A DNA stretch of 64,000 nucleotides from an uncultured Gammaproteobacteria bacterium. Its GTDB lineage: Bacteria > Patescibacteriota > Microgenomatia > Levybacterales > UBA12049. The number at the start of each line of letters is the position of its first letter. Positions within the stretch are counted from its first letter, which is position 1. The stretch is from assembly GCA_964391315.1 (NCBI GenBank), contig CAYMJR010000001.1, positions 5,949 through 69,948 on the forward strand, in the 5' to 3' direction. The notes below the pieces were generated by a model. That model made no database searches, was not told the DNA's origin, and saw nothing but the letters and a program-made list of their open reading frames with translations. A program made the position numbers and the translations under genes. Of this stretch, positions 34,652 through 44,512 are shown piece after piece.

Positions 34652-36409
34652 TTATGCTCCTTCTTTTTTATTTAACGTTAATTCTCTCGTTTTTTCAAGT
34701 TCTGTTTTGACATCCAATGCGCGTTGTGTATCAGCTCTTGGGATAGAATACACAAACGTACTTCCTTCATTCGGAGCAGATTTCTCAAGATAGACATCTC
34801 CTCCCATCTTTCGTGCAACGCCACGTGAAATATAGAGTCCAAGACCAGACCCAACAGCTTTTCCTTGGGTAGGAGTAATGATTTGTTCAAATTTACCGAA
34901 TAATTTTTCTTGTTCTTCAACTGCAATTCCTGTTCCTGTATCGGTAATAACAACCATCGCCTGATCGTGATCAACACGGTAAGAGAGCGAAACTGATCCA
35001 GTGTTGGTAAATTTGATGGCATTGGAAAGTAAATTGTTCAGAACCTCTTTAATCCAAAAATCATCTCCCTGTACCAAAATATCCTGCGTTGGAACAACAG
35101 TAAGTGAAATTCTTTTCAAACGAGCCTGTGCCTGAAATGATAACACCACCTCTTCTGTTATTTTAGCAAGTGAAAAATTAAATAATGTATATTTAATTCT
35201 GCCTGCCTGGAAGCGGGAAATATTTAATAAATCGTTAATAAGATGTAATTGTCGTTCAGCTGAAGCGTATACATTTGTTAACGGCTGTCTGAGTCTGTCT
35301 GTTATTTCTCCATAATCTCCACTCAATGTCATTGAAACAAGTCCCTTGATTGCAGTCATTGGTGCACGAAGCTCATGTGAGACAAGCGATATAAATTGAT
35401 CCTTTACATGATCAAGTTCCTTCTCACGAGTGATATCTCTGAAAATTTCAATTGAACCAACAATCTTATTTGCAAGAGCAAGAGGCGTAACGGTCATTGA
35501 TACTGGAAGTTTGGTAGCATCCCGCCTTTTATAATAATATGTTGCTGAAATTTTTTTATTCGATCGTAATGCAAGAGTAATCGGATTTCCTTCTTCGGAA
35601 ATAGGATTTTCCTTTTCATCCTCCAGACCCACAATTTCAGTGAGAATGCTTCCAACTGCATCTTTACTTTCCCATTGCAACAGATCTTGCGCAACACGAT
35701 TCATCAACATAATTCTCCCAATATCATCAGTAACGACTAGTCCATCACCGATATTGGCAAGAATAGCCTGATCTTTTACCCGTTCTTTCTCTAACTCATC
35801 AGTCCGGTGTTTGAGTTCTGTAATATCGTGTGACACACAAAAAACGTATTGGACAGCCCCTTCTTTTGTTTTTTCCGGAACAAGTCTTGCCTGAAAATAA
35901 CGAATTTGTTGATCTGGAGAACGATACCAATATTCAATCCGTGCCTCTTGCCCTGTTTCGAAAACTTTATTCAGATTTTCTGTCCACAAATGTTCCTGTT
36001 CTTCAGGAATACTCAAATCTTTATTTGTTTTACCAATAAATGAAGACGGGACAATTCCTGTCACTTTTTCAACAGTTGGATTTACATACACATGCCTCAG
36101 CTCTCTATCATATCGGACGATAATATCCGGTGACTCATCAACAAGCGCTTTTAAATCCTGTGTTTGTCGATAAAAGGCATTCTGCAGTTGTTTGTTTGCC
36201 GCAATTTCTTCATCGAGTTGTTTTTGCTTTCCAGAAAGTTCCTGTAGTAAAGTTTGGAGAGCTTCATACACATGAGTCAAATCATCCTGTTCTTCCGGGA
36301 GCTGGATCGTTTCAGAAAAATCTCCTCCCTTTATTTTTTCCAGCAGAGGCAGAAGCTTTGCTAAATGTTCTGTTAGATTCGTTTTTGTGGAATTTTGTTG
36401 GGAATCCAT
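34652..36409 (-). CDS. cytoplasmic sensor histidine kinase (coiled coil, two PAS, HisKA, HATPase)
   Basis: No TM segment. PAS-like blocks. H-box FISLVSHELRAPMTAIKG, N-box LNNLLSNAIKFT, G-boxes DTGTGIAVEE and GSGLGLYISRGVA. Confidence 0.9.
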   Translation of the reverse strand: MDSQQNSTKTNLTEHLAKLLPLLEKIKGGDFSETIQLPEEQDDLTHVYEALQTLLQELSGKQKQLDEEIAANKQLQNAFYRQTQDLKALVDESPDIIVRYDRELRHVYVNPTVEKVTGIVPSSFIGKTNKDLSIPEEQEHLWTENLNKVFETGQEARIEYWYRSPDQQIRYFQARLVPEKTKEGAVQYVFCVSHDITELKHRTDELEKERVKDQAILANIGDGLVVTDDIGRIMLMNRVAQDLLQWESKDAVGSILTEIVGLEDEKENPISEEGNPITLALRSNKKISATYYYKRRDATKLPVSMTVTPLALANKIVGSIEIFRDITREKELDHVKDQFISLVSHELRAPMTAIKGLVSMTLSGDYGEITDRLRQPLTNVYASAERQLHLINDLLNISRFQAGRIKYTLFNFSLAKITEEVVLSFQAQARLKRISLTVVPTQDILVQGDDFWIKEVLNNLLSNAIKFTNTGSVSLSYRVDHDQAMVVITDTGTGIAVEEQEKLFGKFEQIITPTQGKAVGSGLGLYISRGVARKMGGDVYLEKSAPNEGSTFVYSIPRADTQRALDVKTELEKTRELTLNKKEGA

Positions 36410-36427
36410 AGATTAAGCTTTCCATAG

Positions 36428-37660
36428 CTATTGTTCAAGCTCTAACTCAAAGACATTCCATCGTTTGAGCGCTTTCGTAAAAGAAAGAATGCCAAAAAGA
36501 TAGCGAAGTAAAACAATTTGCTGAAGTATCCATCCAAAAAATCCTTCAAGATAAATACCATACATTAATTCAGCAACAGCAAACCGCCCTCTGAGTGGAA
36601 CAACATAGCCAAAATGACGATAATGATATGGTTGTACTGCCTCGCCCCGAATAAGCCGAGCGACATTTTCTCCGGCAACAGCTCCCTGCTCTTCTGCAAC
36701 TTGTGCGACATTGGGTATTGGTTTTTGAGTTTTGGGATCGATAAATCCGGCAACATCACCTGCGACAAATACAGTATCAACTCCATCCATTTGCAAATAT
36801 TCATTCACGATCACTTGTCCCCGTTTCGTTACTGGTAAACCTGACTGTGCTGCCAATTGATTGGCTTCTACTCCCCCTGTCCAAATCAATATATGATAAG
36901 GATATTCTTTCCCATTATCTGTATAGACCTTTTCACTATCAACCTTGTTAATATGTCCACCGAAGGCAAATTTTACATTTCCACCTGCCACCCGTTTTTG
37001 AGCAACGTCTGAGACGCGTGTATTCAATTCATTTAGCAACCGATCTGATCCCTGAATAATTGTTATTTCAAGACAATCTTTATCAAGTCCATTTTGTTTT
37101 GCAATTTTATCTTTATACATGAGCAATTCCGCGGCAAGTTCTGTTCCTGCAAATCCGCCCCCGCCAATAATTGCCTGAACTTTTCTCTGGCATTTTCCCT
37201 CTCGGCAACACAACATCTTAATCTTGTCTTTAATTTTGAGTGCATCACGAAGATCTTTTAATCCAACGCTGTGCTGCGCAAGTCCGGGAATTCCCATAAA
37301 AGCAGGCTGACTCCCAACAGCAATAATGAGATAGTCATAGGAAACCTCTTCTTTGTTTTTTAATGCAATGATCTTCCCTTGCGTATCAATTTTCTCAACT
37401 TCACTGCAGACAATCGAAACGCCGGAAGGAAAAATATTTTTGAACGGAATAACAATATCTTTATTAGGAACTTCGGATGTCGCTACTTCATAAAGTGATG
37501 GAGTGAACAAATGATAGGGATGTTTATCAATAAGGGTAATTTTTATTTGGTTCTTGCCAAGTTTTTTCTGGAGGCGAAGTCCTGCTGCAATTCCTGCAAA
37601 CCCACCGCCAAGAATAACAACATGTTTTACTAAGCCAGTTTTCTGACTTTTCTCATCCAT
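36428..37660 (-). CDS. ndh: type II NADH dehydrogenase (NDH-2) family flavoprotein
   Basis: Two dinucleotide folds, VVILGGGFAGIAAG and IGGGGFAGTELAAEL. GDVAG motif. C-terminal amphipathic membrane-association helix. Confidence 0.85.
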   Translation of the reverse strand: MDEKSQKTGLVKHVVILGGGFAGIAAGLRLQKKLGKNQIKITLIDKHPYHLFTPSLYEVATSEVPNKDIVIPFKNIFPSGVSIVCSEVEKIDTQGKIIALKNKEEVSYDYLIIAVGSQPAFMGIPGLAQHSVGLKDLRDALKIKDKIKMLCCREGKCQRKVQAIIGGGGFAGTELAAELLMYKDKIAKQNGLDKDCLEITIIQGSDRLLNELNTRVSDVAQKRVAGGNVKFAFGGHINKVDSEKVYTDNGKEYPYHILIWTGGVEANQLAAQSGLPVTKRGQVIVNEYLQMDGVDTVFVAGDVAGFIDPKTQKPIPNVAQVAEEQGAVAGENVARLIRGEAVQPYHYRHFGYVVPLRGRFAVAELMYGIYLEGFFGWILQQIVLLRYLFGILSFTKALKRWNVFELELEQ

Positions 37661-37666
37661 AGTTTT

Positions 37667-37672
37667 ATCATA
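37667..37672 (-). promoter_or_regulatory. -10 box TATGAT, 6 nt before ATG 37660
   Basis: Minus strand reads cctgtatgat aaaact ATG. Confidence 0.4.
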
Positions 37673-37707
37673 CAGGACGTTGATAAAAAATAACAGATGA
37701 AAAAATG

Positions 37708-39618
37708 CTAGGCCTCAATCGCTACCTGCAATGGTAAATCGTCTTCTAGAAAATCTGACTCTGACTGCTCTCCCGCTGAAGCTTCTTGCTGCGGTGCAAT
37801 TTCAAAATTTCCTCCCTCCCTCGCTAAACTGATAAGGTCAAGATCACGAAGCAGAAATTCTAAACCTTCATTTTCTCCAATGTTAAGATCCAACCAATCT
37901 TTTATATATGGATGGTAAGGAATGAGGGCAAAAATTGCATCCAAATTAGGTTTCACATACTCTTTTTTCTTTTTATAAATAGACTCAATCAACTCGGAAG
38001 CACTCCGCTCCATCAAAAGCATAAGCTCTCTCGAATTATTCCACTTACCAGGATCTTTGGCAAGAAGTTGTGTGCCAAAATGGAGAATACTGGCAAACCA
38101 CTCTGTCCTATGCGCGCTTTTCTCATCTTTCAAATATGGCAAAACATCAAGTAAACTATTAATCGCTGCATCGGAACCTGTTTCTGTTTGAAGTTGATCA
38201 ATTCTTGTAGAAAGCACTTGTTGTATAAGCTCCTGAGCAAGATCCGGAGTAAGACCCTCAACAATATCCTGAGTAAGGTTCTGGGCCAAATCCGGAGTAA
38301 GATTCTGAGGAAGATCCTTAGAAAATTCCGTCTGATATCTCTCAATGAGATTGATCAACTCATGTAAAGGAGGTGGGTTGTAATCAAAAGAAGCCATAGC
38401 AAATATTTCATACAACAATTGCTTAGGAGTCATTGCTTCAGAAAGCCTTGGTACTGGATTTTCAGGATCGCTCTTCAAAAAGTAGCTATCCAATACGTCA
38501 CGCATACGATCTCCTTCATCAAAAACAAAAGATCTGTCGCGCTCATGCATAGCGAGCCTATTATCCCACAACCGCCCTTGTTGTGTTTCAGTTAACAAAT
38601 TCCATTTTCTATTTAATTCCGCAAATAAATATCGCATAACTGTTGCTCGTTTTTCCGGAGTGGATACATCAAATTCTCTCTTATTTGGACCAATAATCTT
38701 CTGTAAATCCTGATTCACAAGAAGAGCATCAAAATTATCAAGTCCCTGCTCCAGCAGTTGCAATTCTCCTTCATAAGACTTCCTATTACGTTCAGAAAAT
38801 CTGATTAATCTGGGATCTCCTGCTAATACCACGCCTTGACCTCTTCTAAACTTCACAGGAAGAATTGCCTCATCATGTTCCCCAACCTTTACACCACTCG
38901 TTGGACGATCAGTTGGCCCTGGACCATAAACAGGATGATTTGTCCCAATGGCTACCTCTGTTTGTCTATCGTGAGAAAAAAACTTTCCGACTGTGGTAAG
39001 GATTCTCATTGTCCTTGATTGTTCTGTATCTATGTCGGTTACTTGACCCTTAAGCGTACCATGTGCTTCCTCTCTTCTTAATCTCTGTCTTGTCCGCCAA
39101 TTCGGATTAGGAATCAAATATGCAACCATATCTCCAACTCTGTCCAAGTATTTTTCCCCCTCCTCTGCCTCATTAAAGACGAGAGGCACCACCATGTCAT
39201 ATCCTGCTAATTTATCTTCAATAAATCTCTGCGCCTCCGGGCTGACTTGTCCTAAATTAAGATCCATTTTTGCCGTTTGCAACACTGCATCCTTTTCATC
39301 AGTAATGTACATAACCCCGCGTGCAATATACAGATCACCCGCCTTGACAGACCTAAGAGAATCTACTTTATCCAATGATTTAAGAGGTTGTCCGTCATAT
39401 ACATGAGTATCAAAACTTCTTTCTGAACCCAATGCAAGTTCACCAATATTATATTTACCGGGATCTTTTTTTAATTCCTCGTCCATTCCCACAAGTGTCT
39501 GATACATTACCTTTTGTACGTCAGACGGTCTCCTGCGAGTTTCATGGAATCCTAATCGCGGTAAAGTATTTAATCTTCTTCTGCTGTGGGGTTGTACAAC
39601 TTTTGCTTCTGCTGCCAT
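37708..39618 (-). CDS. large orphan protein (636 aa), no recognisable domain
   Basis: Long uninterrupted ORF, hydrophilic. Arg-rich N-terminus (HSRRRLNTLPRLGFHETRRRP). Internal duplicated LTPDLAQ(N/E)L from a 48-nt DNA period at 38233..38301. Acidic C-terminus. Confidence 0.6.
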   Translation of the reverse strand: MAAEAKVVQPHSRRRLNTLPRLGFHETRRRPSDVQKVMYQTLVGMDEELKKDPGKYNIGELALGSERSFDTHVYDGQPLKSLDKVDSLRSVKAGDLYIARGVMYITDEKDAVLQTAKMDLNLGQVSPEAQRFIEDKLAGYDMVVPLVFNEAEEGEKYLDRVGDMVAYLIPNPNWRTRQRLRREEAHGTLKGQVTDIDTEQSRTMRILTTVGKFFSHDRQTEVAIGTNHPVYGPGPTDRPTSGVKVGEHDEAILPVKFRRGQGVVLAGDPRLIRFSERNRKSYEGELQLLEQGLDNFDALLVNQDLQKIIGPNKREFDVSTPEKRATVMRYLFAELNRKWNLLTETQQGRLWDNRLAMHERDRSFVFDEGDRMRDVLDSYFLKSDPENPVPRLSEAMTPKQLLYEIFAMASFDYNPPPLHELINLIERYQTEFSKDLPQNLTPDLAQNLTQDIVEGLTPDLAQELIQQVLSTRIDQLQTETGSDAAINSLLDVLPYLKDEKSAHRTEWFASILHFGTQLLAKDPGKWNNSRELMLLMERSASELIESIYKKKKEYVKPNLDAIFALIPYHPYIKDWLDLNIGENEGLEFLLRDLDLISLAREGGNFEIAPQQEASAGEQSESDFLEDDLPLQVAIEA

Positions 39619-39745
39619 GATGGGTAATTTCTAGCTATTCTGTATGTTGAGAGTACAGCTTGAATGTAAAGCAAGGTATCAGGAAGTAGTAAGAAAGATG
39701 TAACACTACTAAAATGTGTTAGGATTTATGCGGTAAATCTTATCA

Positions 39746-39895
39746 TCATTGTGCTTGAGGTGCTCTCGCAGTTGGTGTTTTAAGAAAAGAATGATGCGTC
39801 TCTGCAATTTTTTTCAGCTGTCTTCCAAGAATGAGTGAAAAAACAGTCAGAGCAAGAAATAAAAAAATAAGAAGACCCAACATCCACCTTCGCAT
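39746..39895 (-). CDS. candidate 49-aa single-pass membrane peptide
   Basis: Below the track cut-off. Sequence MRRWMLGLLIFLFLALTVFSLILGRQLKKIAETHHSFLKTPTARAPQAQ. ATG 39895 lies exactly 6 nt after TATACT (39902..39907, minus). Confidence 0.45.
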   Translation of the reverse strand: MRRWMLGLLIFLFLALTVFSLILGRQLKKIAETHHSFLKTPTARAPQAQ

Positions 39896-39901
39896 AGAGT
39901 T

Positions 39902-39907
39902 AGTATA
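39902..39907 (-). promoter_or_regulatory. -10 box TATACT, 6 nt before ATG 39895
   Basis: Minus strand reads tgtagtatact aactct ATG. Lies 8 nt after the stop of the upstream orphan gene. Confidence 0.4.
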
Positions 39908-39915
39908 CTACATTT

Positions 39916-41424
39916 CTATTCTTCAACTCCTGGAAATAAGTTCACTTCGATTACCTTAGGAGGTAGTTCCCTTGCTTGCTTCTCTAAGGCTGCGTCTAAT
40001 TCTGTTTCAGATCTCATTGTTTCGAATTCTTTTACACCATTGCCTAAATTGGTCCACAAAACTAGGTCGCGCAGCTGATCTACTGTTTCTGGATTTGGAA
40101 ATTGTCTAGTAAGCCAGCTTTCCAAAAGTTCCTGAGTATGACCCCGATCGGTTGCTTCTTCTTGCTGTGTTTTGGTTAAAACGTTAATTGTTATCCTTCC
40201 ATGATCTCGAATAGATGCATGTAAAGAACTAATCATAGTAGCTACCAGTTGATCATCAAATTCAACGGGTATTCTATCTGTCCCTGAATAATGCATGCGG
40301 TGTTCGAGTAAAGTAAAGATTTTTTTCGGTGCTTCCTGTAAAGGCAACAAAGCGAGTCCTCGCATTGCTTGATTTATCATCTGGACATCAATCCAACTAT
40401 CGTGACTATCTGGTATTTTTGAAAGTCTCCCTGCAGCTGCATCAATTGTTGTAGATAAAAAATCGTAAGCATCTTTATCATCGAACTTTTCCTGAATGAG
40501 TCTTGCCATAGCAAGAATTGGAGGGACGTCTGCTTCCTGATCATCTGGTCTCGGTTCCATTTCGATAGCAACTCGATTAAAAAATTCCTTTGCTTCTTCC
40601 TTGGTCCGTGATGCTAATCTGGTATTAAAAGGGTCTACACCACGGTAGTACACACTATCTATAGCTAAAACATCTGCATAATTAATTTCACTGGTAAAAG
40701 GTTCTTGTCCTGCTTTATAATTTTCTCCATTAACACTTTCTCTTAACATTCTTCTTATATGATCTGGTAAATCTGGTTGCGCATCTAAATCGGCAAAAAG
40801 TCTTCGTGCTTCTGCATAATCTTCAGCTATCTGTTCGGGATCTCTGTCAGTATGAGCTCTATTTAGTCGCAATAGATATTCTGATGTATCTGTTCTGTCC
40901 TTCGCTAGTCTCCCTTCCGTATCAACAGAACCAGCTGCAACAGGTCTTCGCTTTCTATCTATCCTATACATTACCGCTTCCGGAACAACTTGTACGGCAT
41001 GTTGTGCTGCAATTCTAGGATCAAGCTCACCTGTAGAAATTTCATGGTCGTATCTCACTTGCAACCCAAAAGTAATACCTTCATAGTTTGCTAATGCCCC
41101 TGCAAGTTTTTTTGTAACTGTTCCTCCATTCAAGACTTCTGTTGGTCCACCTCTTTGTGGGTGAGGGAGAATAATAAGAAGTTCGTCGTCAGGACTAATG
41201 ACAAGAGGACCATGAACTTCAAAAAATACACCTGAGTGAATTGCTGGTCTTTCAGTTCCCTGTCTCATCCATGGCCAATAGAATACTGTATCTCCTTGTT
41301 CTGGAGAAGGAGAAGGGCTATGAAGACCATCGAGACGCATCCTCTGAGGTATTATTTCAGCAGCACCGAGACCATCAGGTCTCCTTTGCTGAACAGTTAC
41401 TGCTTGTCTATTCTCTGGCAACAT
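39916..41424 (-). CDS. large orphan protein (502 aa), no recognisable domain
   Basis: Long ORF, hydrophilic. The N-terminal third looks beta-rich (VFFEVHGPLVISPDDELLIILPHP). The C-terminal two-thirds is helical and acidic. No motif recognised. Confidence 0.6.
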   Translation of the reverse strand: MLPENRQAVTVQQRRPDGLGAAEIIPQRMRLDGLHSPSPSPEQGDTVFYWPWMRQGTERPAIHSGVFFEVHGPLVISPDDELLIILPHPQRGGPTEVLNGGTVTKKLAGALANYEGITFGLQVRYDHEISTGELDPRIAAQHAVQVVPEAVMYRIDRKRRPVAAGSVDTEGRLAKDRTDTSEYLLRLNRAHTDRDPEQIAEDYAEARRLFADLDAQPDLPDHIRRMLRESVNGENYKAGQEPFTSEINYADVLAIDSVYYRGVDPFNTRLASRTKEEAKEFFNRVAIEMEPRPDDQEADVPPILAMARLIQEKFDDKDAYDFLSTTIDAAAGRLSKIPDSHDSWIDVQMINQAMRGLALLPLQEAPKKIFTLLEHRMHYSGTDRIPVEFDDQLVATMISSLHASIRDHGRITINVLTKTQQEEATDRGHTQELLESWLTRQFPNPETVDQLRDLVLWTNLGNGVKEFETMRSETELDAALEKQARELPPKVIEVNLFPGVEE

Positions 41425-41512
41425 ATGATCTAGATCGATACTCTAGCCTTATTCTATCTTAAGTAGACTTATCTTGTCAAGCTCTACAAGAAGTTTTCAA
41501 CAAGCGGAATGA

Positions 41513-41764
41513 TCAATAAATGCGGAAGAGGACAAAAATACAGATACAAACTGCAGTTACAAAGGGAATCCAAATACAGGTTCTCACCATATGATGCACA
41601 TGCTGAGGCGGCTGTATCCCAACTTGGTCACTAGACTTAAGCAGTTTTGAAAGGTAAAGCCAATTATATGCTCCCAAAATTATCACCAGAATCAAACAAA
41701 ATACAAAAGCTACTACTTTGAAAGCATTGAGCAGCAATTCCTGATTTTGTAGAAGTTCAATCAT
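41513..41764 (-). CDS. small two-helix membrane protein
   Basis: 83 aa with two hydrophobic helices (VVAFVFCLILVIILGAY and WIPFVTAVCICIFVLF). Begins 12 nt after the upstream gene. Confidence 0.45.
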   Translation of the reverse strand: MIELLQNQELLLNAFKVVAFVFCLILVIILGAYNWLYLSKLLKSSDQVGIQPPQHVHHMVRTCIWIPFVTAVCICIFVLFRIY

Positions 41765-41776
41765 ATATTTTCTTTT

Positions 41777-42370
41777 TTAATTTTTGGCGAATCCATGTCT
41801 CTCCCGGAACCACATCGGAAAAAGCGGAGCATCTGCTCCATGATCCATCAAACGTTGTGTTAAGAATTTTTCGATTGTCTCCGGCTGCGGAATATCATTA
41901 AAAACAAATTCCTCCTGGTGGGTCGGTCGATCAAAGGTCACGACAATATCACCCATACCGATAAGCTCATGTATAAAACCATTTATTTTAATATCAATCT
42001 CCGTACAATTTACCTTATCCAACAATACATCGTTAACGTTGTATGACGTAAGCGGTGTATACCATACCTCAAGAATTTTTCTCGTCGTCAATATATAAAC
42101 ATGAAAATACCAATCAATAATAACCTTGGCAATCATACTCATACATGCACTCACAAGAAGCAGGGATACGATGATAAAAAGTGAAAGTGAATGGAAGAAA
42201 GAGATAAAGACGAGAAACGCAGTTAAAAGAAGAACTGCGAGCACAAATATTGTAAAAACAATTGGCAAAAAAATCACAAAAGAATGTCGGCGCTGCACTA
42301 AAAGCAATTTCTCTCCGGCCAATGTTAAAAATGTATTCCAATTTCCATTCACAACCATACCATGTTTCAT
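41777..42370 (-). CDS. membrane-flanked bacterial PH domain protein (YdbS/YdbT-like, bPH_2/DUF304)
   Basis: Start ATG 42370 is preceded by GAGAGGAGTATATT. Two TM helices, then WYFHVYILTTRKILEVWYTPL...GDIVVTFDR. Confidence 0.65.
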   Translation of the reverse strand: MKHGMVVNGNWNTFLTLAGEKLLLVQRRHSFVIFLPIVFTIFVLAVLLLTAFLVFISFFHSLSLFIIVSLLLVSACMSMIAKVIIDWYFHVYILTTRKILEVWYTPLTSYNVNDVLLDKVNCTEIDIKINGFIHELIGMGDIVVTFDRPTHQEEFVFNDIPQPETIEKFLTQRLMDHGADAPLFPMWFRERHGFAKN

Positions 42371-42624
42371 AATATACTCCTCTCTTTTCTTGCAGTTTTC
42401 TTTCTTACTTTTGATGATCTTAATACATATTACATTTAGCATGATCCTTTAACGTCAAATTTTTATGTGGAGACAGTAAGAATTCTATAAGAAAACCTCA
42501 GCTTTTAGCCTCAAAAATTGCCTCTTAATGAATCTAGAAAACGTACACTCTTTTTCTTTCTTCTTTTGTTAGTAAATTGCCACTATAAAATAGATAAAAA
42601 AACGCTATAATATCTTTTATCCGA

Positions 42625-44463
42625 ATGACAGAGATAAAAAATCTTCAAGAACTGGCAAAACTTCTCAGATATTTCATTCTCAGGTCATCCTCAGAAGCAG
42701 GATCAGGACATCCTACCTCATCACTCTCTGCAGTTGAACTCATGACAGTCCTCGCATTTGATGGTTTTTTGCGTTATGATCTCAAAAATCCAGAAAACCC
42801 AACAAATGACAGGCTTATTTTTTCCAAAGGACATGCATCTCCCCTCTTCTATTCTCTGTTTACAGCAGCCGGAGCAATCACTGAAGAAGAACTGATGACA
42901 TTTAGAAAATTCGGAAGCCGTCTCGAAGGACATCCCACACTTACTTTTCCTTACACACAGGCAACAACAGGCTCTCTGGGTCAGGGACTCGCTGTTGGTA
43001 TCGGTATGGCGCTGAATGCAAAATTGGAAAAGCTTCCCTATAAAACCTACGTGCTTTTTGGTGACAGTGAAATGGCAGAAGGATCTGTTTGGGAATCAAT
43101 GCAGATAGCCTCTTACTACAAACTCAACAATATTATCGGCATTATTGATGTAAATAGACTTGGACAAAGCCGCGAAACCATGTTTGGTCATGACGTAAAA
43201 AGTTATGCAAAAAAAATCGAGGCATTTGGTTGGAAAGTCGCGACTGTCGATGGCCATTCACTCACACAAATCAGAAATGCATTTGAAAAAGCAGAGCAAG
43301 TCAAAGATGCACCAGTCATGATCGTTGCCAAAACAATGAAAGGGCGAGGCATTTCCTTCCTTGAGAATAAAGAGGGCTGGCACGGCAAACCACTAAATAA
43401 AGAACAACTGGAAGCAGCACTTTCGGAATTAGGAAAAGTAGATACAAAACTTCGGGGTAAAATTGAAAAACCCACCTCCAGAAAAGCTCAGGACAAAAAA
43501 TCAAAAACAATCAAACAACCTGCTTATACAGTTGGAGACAAACTTGCAACGCGAAAAGCATATGGCAACGCACTTGTCCGGATCGCTCCCAAATTCCCAG
43601 AACTGGTTGTTCTTGATGCTGAAACAAGTAACTCGACATTCTCTGAAACATTTGCGAAAGCCCATCCTGAGAAATATTTTGAAATGTTTATTGCAGAACA
43701 AAATATGGTCGGAACTGCGCTTGGATTTTCCCGCATGGGAAAAATTTCCTTTGTTGCGACATTTGCTGCATTTTTCTCCCGCGCTTTTGATCAGATCCGT
43801 ATGTCGCAATATTCTGACGGAAATATCAAATTTCTTGGTTCTCATGCCGGTGTCTCAATTGGTGAAGACGGCGCCTCGCAAATGGGACTTGAGGATCTTG
43901 CTATGTTCCGGACAATCCGAGACAGTGTTGTTCTCTACCCAAGTGATGCAGTCGCAATGGAGAAGCTGACAGAAATTGCTGCAGAAACTCATGGGATTTT
44001 CTACATCCGCGCCACAAGAAGTGATACCCCTGTTCTTTATCCAAATGATGAAACCTTTACAATTGGTGGCAGTAAAACGCTTAAAAGCAGTAAGAATGAT
44101 GTTGTGACAGTAGCAAGTGCTGGAATCACGCTTTTTGAAGCACTCAAAGCATATGATGAATTGAAAAAAGAAGGAATCACAATCCGCATCATCGATCTCT
44201 ACAGCATCAAACCCCTTGATATCAAAACGCTTGAAAAAGCAGGAAAAGAAACAAAGGCAATTATTACCGTAGAAGATCATTATGAAGCAGGCGGGATTGG
44301 CGAAGCAGTGAAAAGTGCTCTTTCTGAAATAGAGGCCAAAGTCTATTCCCTTGCTGTTCGCAAAATGCCACGAAGCGGCAAACCGGCAGAACTTCTCGAC
44401 TATGAAGAAATTTCAAGTGTGGCAATTGTAAAAAAAGTAAAAGATCTCTTACACAAAAATTAA
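42625..44463 (+). CDS. tkt: transketolase, fused single-chain short form (612 aa)
   Basis: GSGHPTSSLSAVE, the TPP motif GDSEMAEGSVWE...NN, and a Pyr domain FIAEQNMVGTALG. Colinear with the split pair downstream. Confidence 0.9.
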   Translation: MTEIKNLQELAKLLRYFILRSSSEAGSGHPTSSLSAVELMTVLAFDGFLRYDLKNPENPTNDRLIFSKGHASPLFYSLFTAAGAITEEELMTFRKFGSRLEGHPTLTFPYTQATTGSLGQGLAVGIGMALNAKLEKLPYKTYVLFGDSEMAEGSVWESMQIASYYKLNNIIGIIDVNRLGQSRETMFGHDVKSYAKKIEAFGWKVATVDGHSLTQIRNAFEKAEQVKDAPVMIVAKTMKGRGISFLENKEGWHGKPLNKEQLEAALSELGKVDTKLRGKIEKPTSRKAQDKKSKTIKQPAYTVGDKLATRKAYGNALVRIAPKFPELVVLDAETSNSTFSETFAKAHPEKYFEMFIAEQNMVGTALGFSRMGKISFVATFAAFFSRAFDQIRMSQYSDGNIKFLGSHAGVSIGEDGASQMGLEDLAMFRTIRDSVVLYPSDAVAMEKLTEIAAETHGIFYIRATRSDTPVLYPNDETFTIGGSKTLKSSKNDVVTVASAGITLFEALKAYDELKKEGITIRIIDLYSIKPLDIKTLEKAGKETKAIITVEDHYEAGGIGEAVKSALSEIEAKVYSLAVRKMPRSGKPAELLDYEEISSVAIVKKVKDLLHKN

Positions 44464-44512
44464 CTTCCTCTCTTAGAAATAAAATAATTTCCTCGTATAA
44501 TAACTAGTTCTT

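Noticed and set aside
38130-38345. 71-aa Leu/Arg-rich ORF (LRILLRIL...) on the minus strand in another frame.
   Set aside because: It is a frame-shifted shadow of the duplicated LTPDLAQxL segment inside the 636-aa orphan gene, with an implausible low-complexity composition.
43463-43969. 168-aa alternative-frame ORF and several antisense ORFs within 42625..44463.
   Set aside because: They lie inside the transketolase gene, and no independent signals support them.
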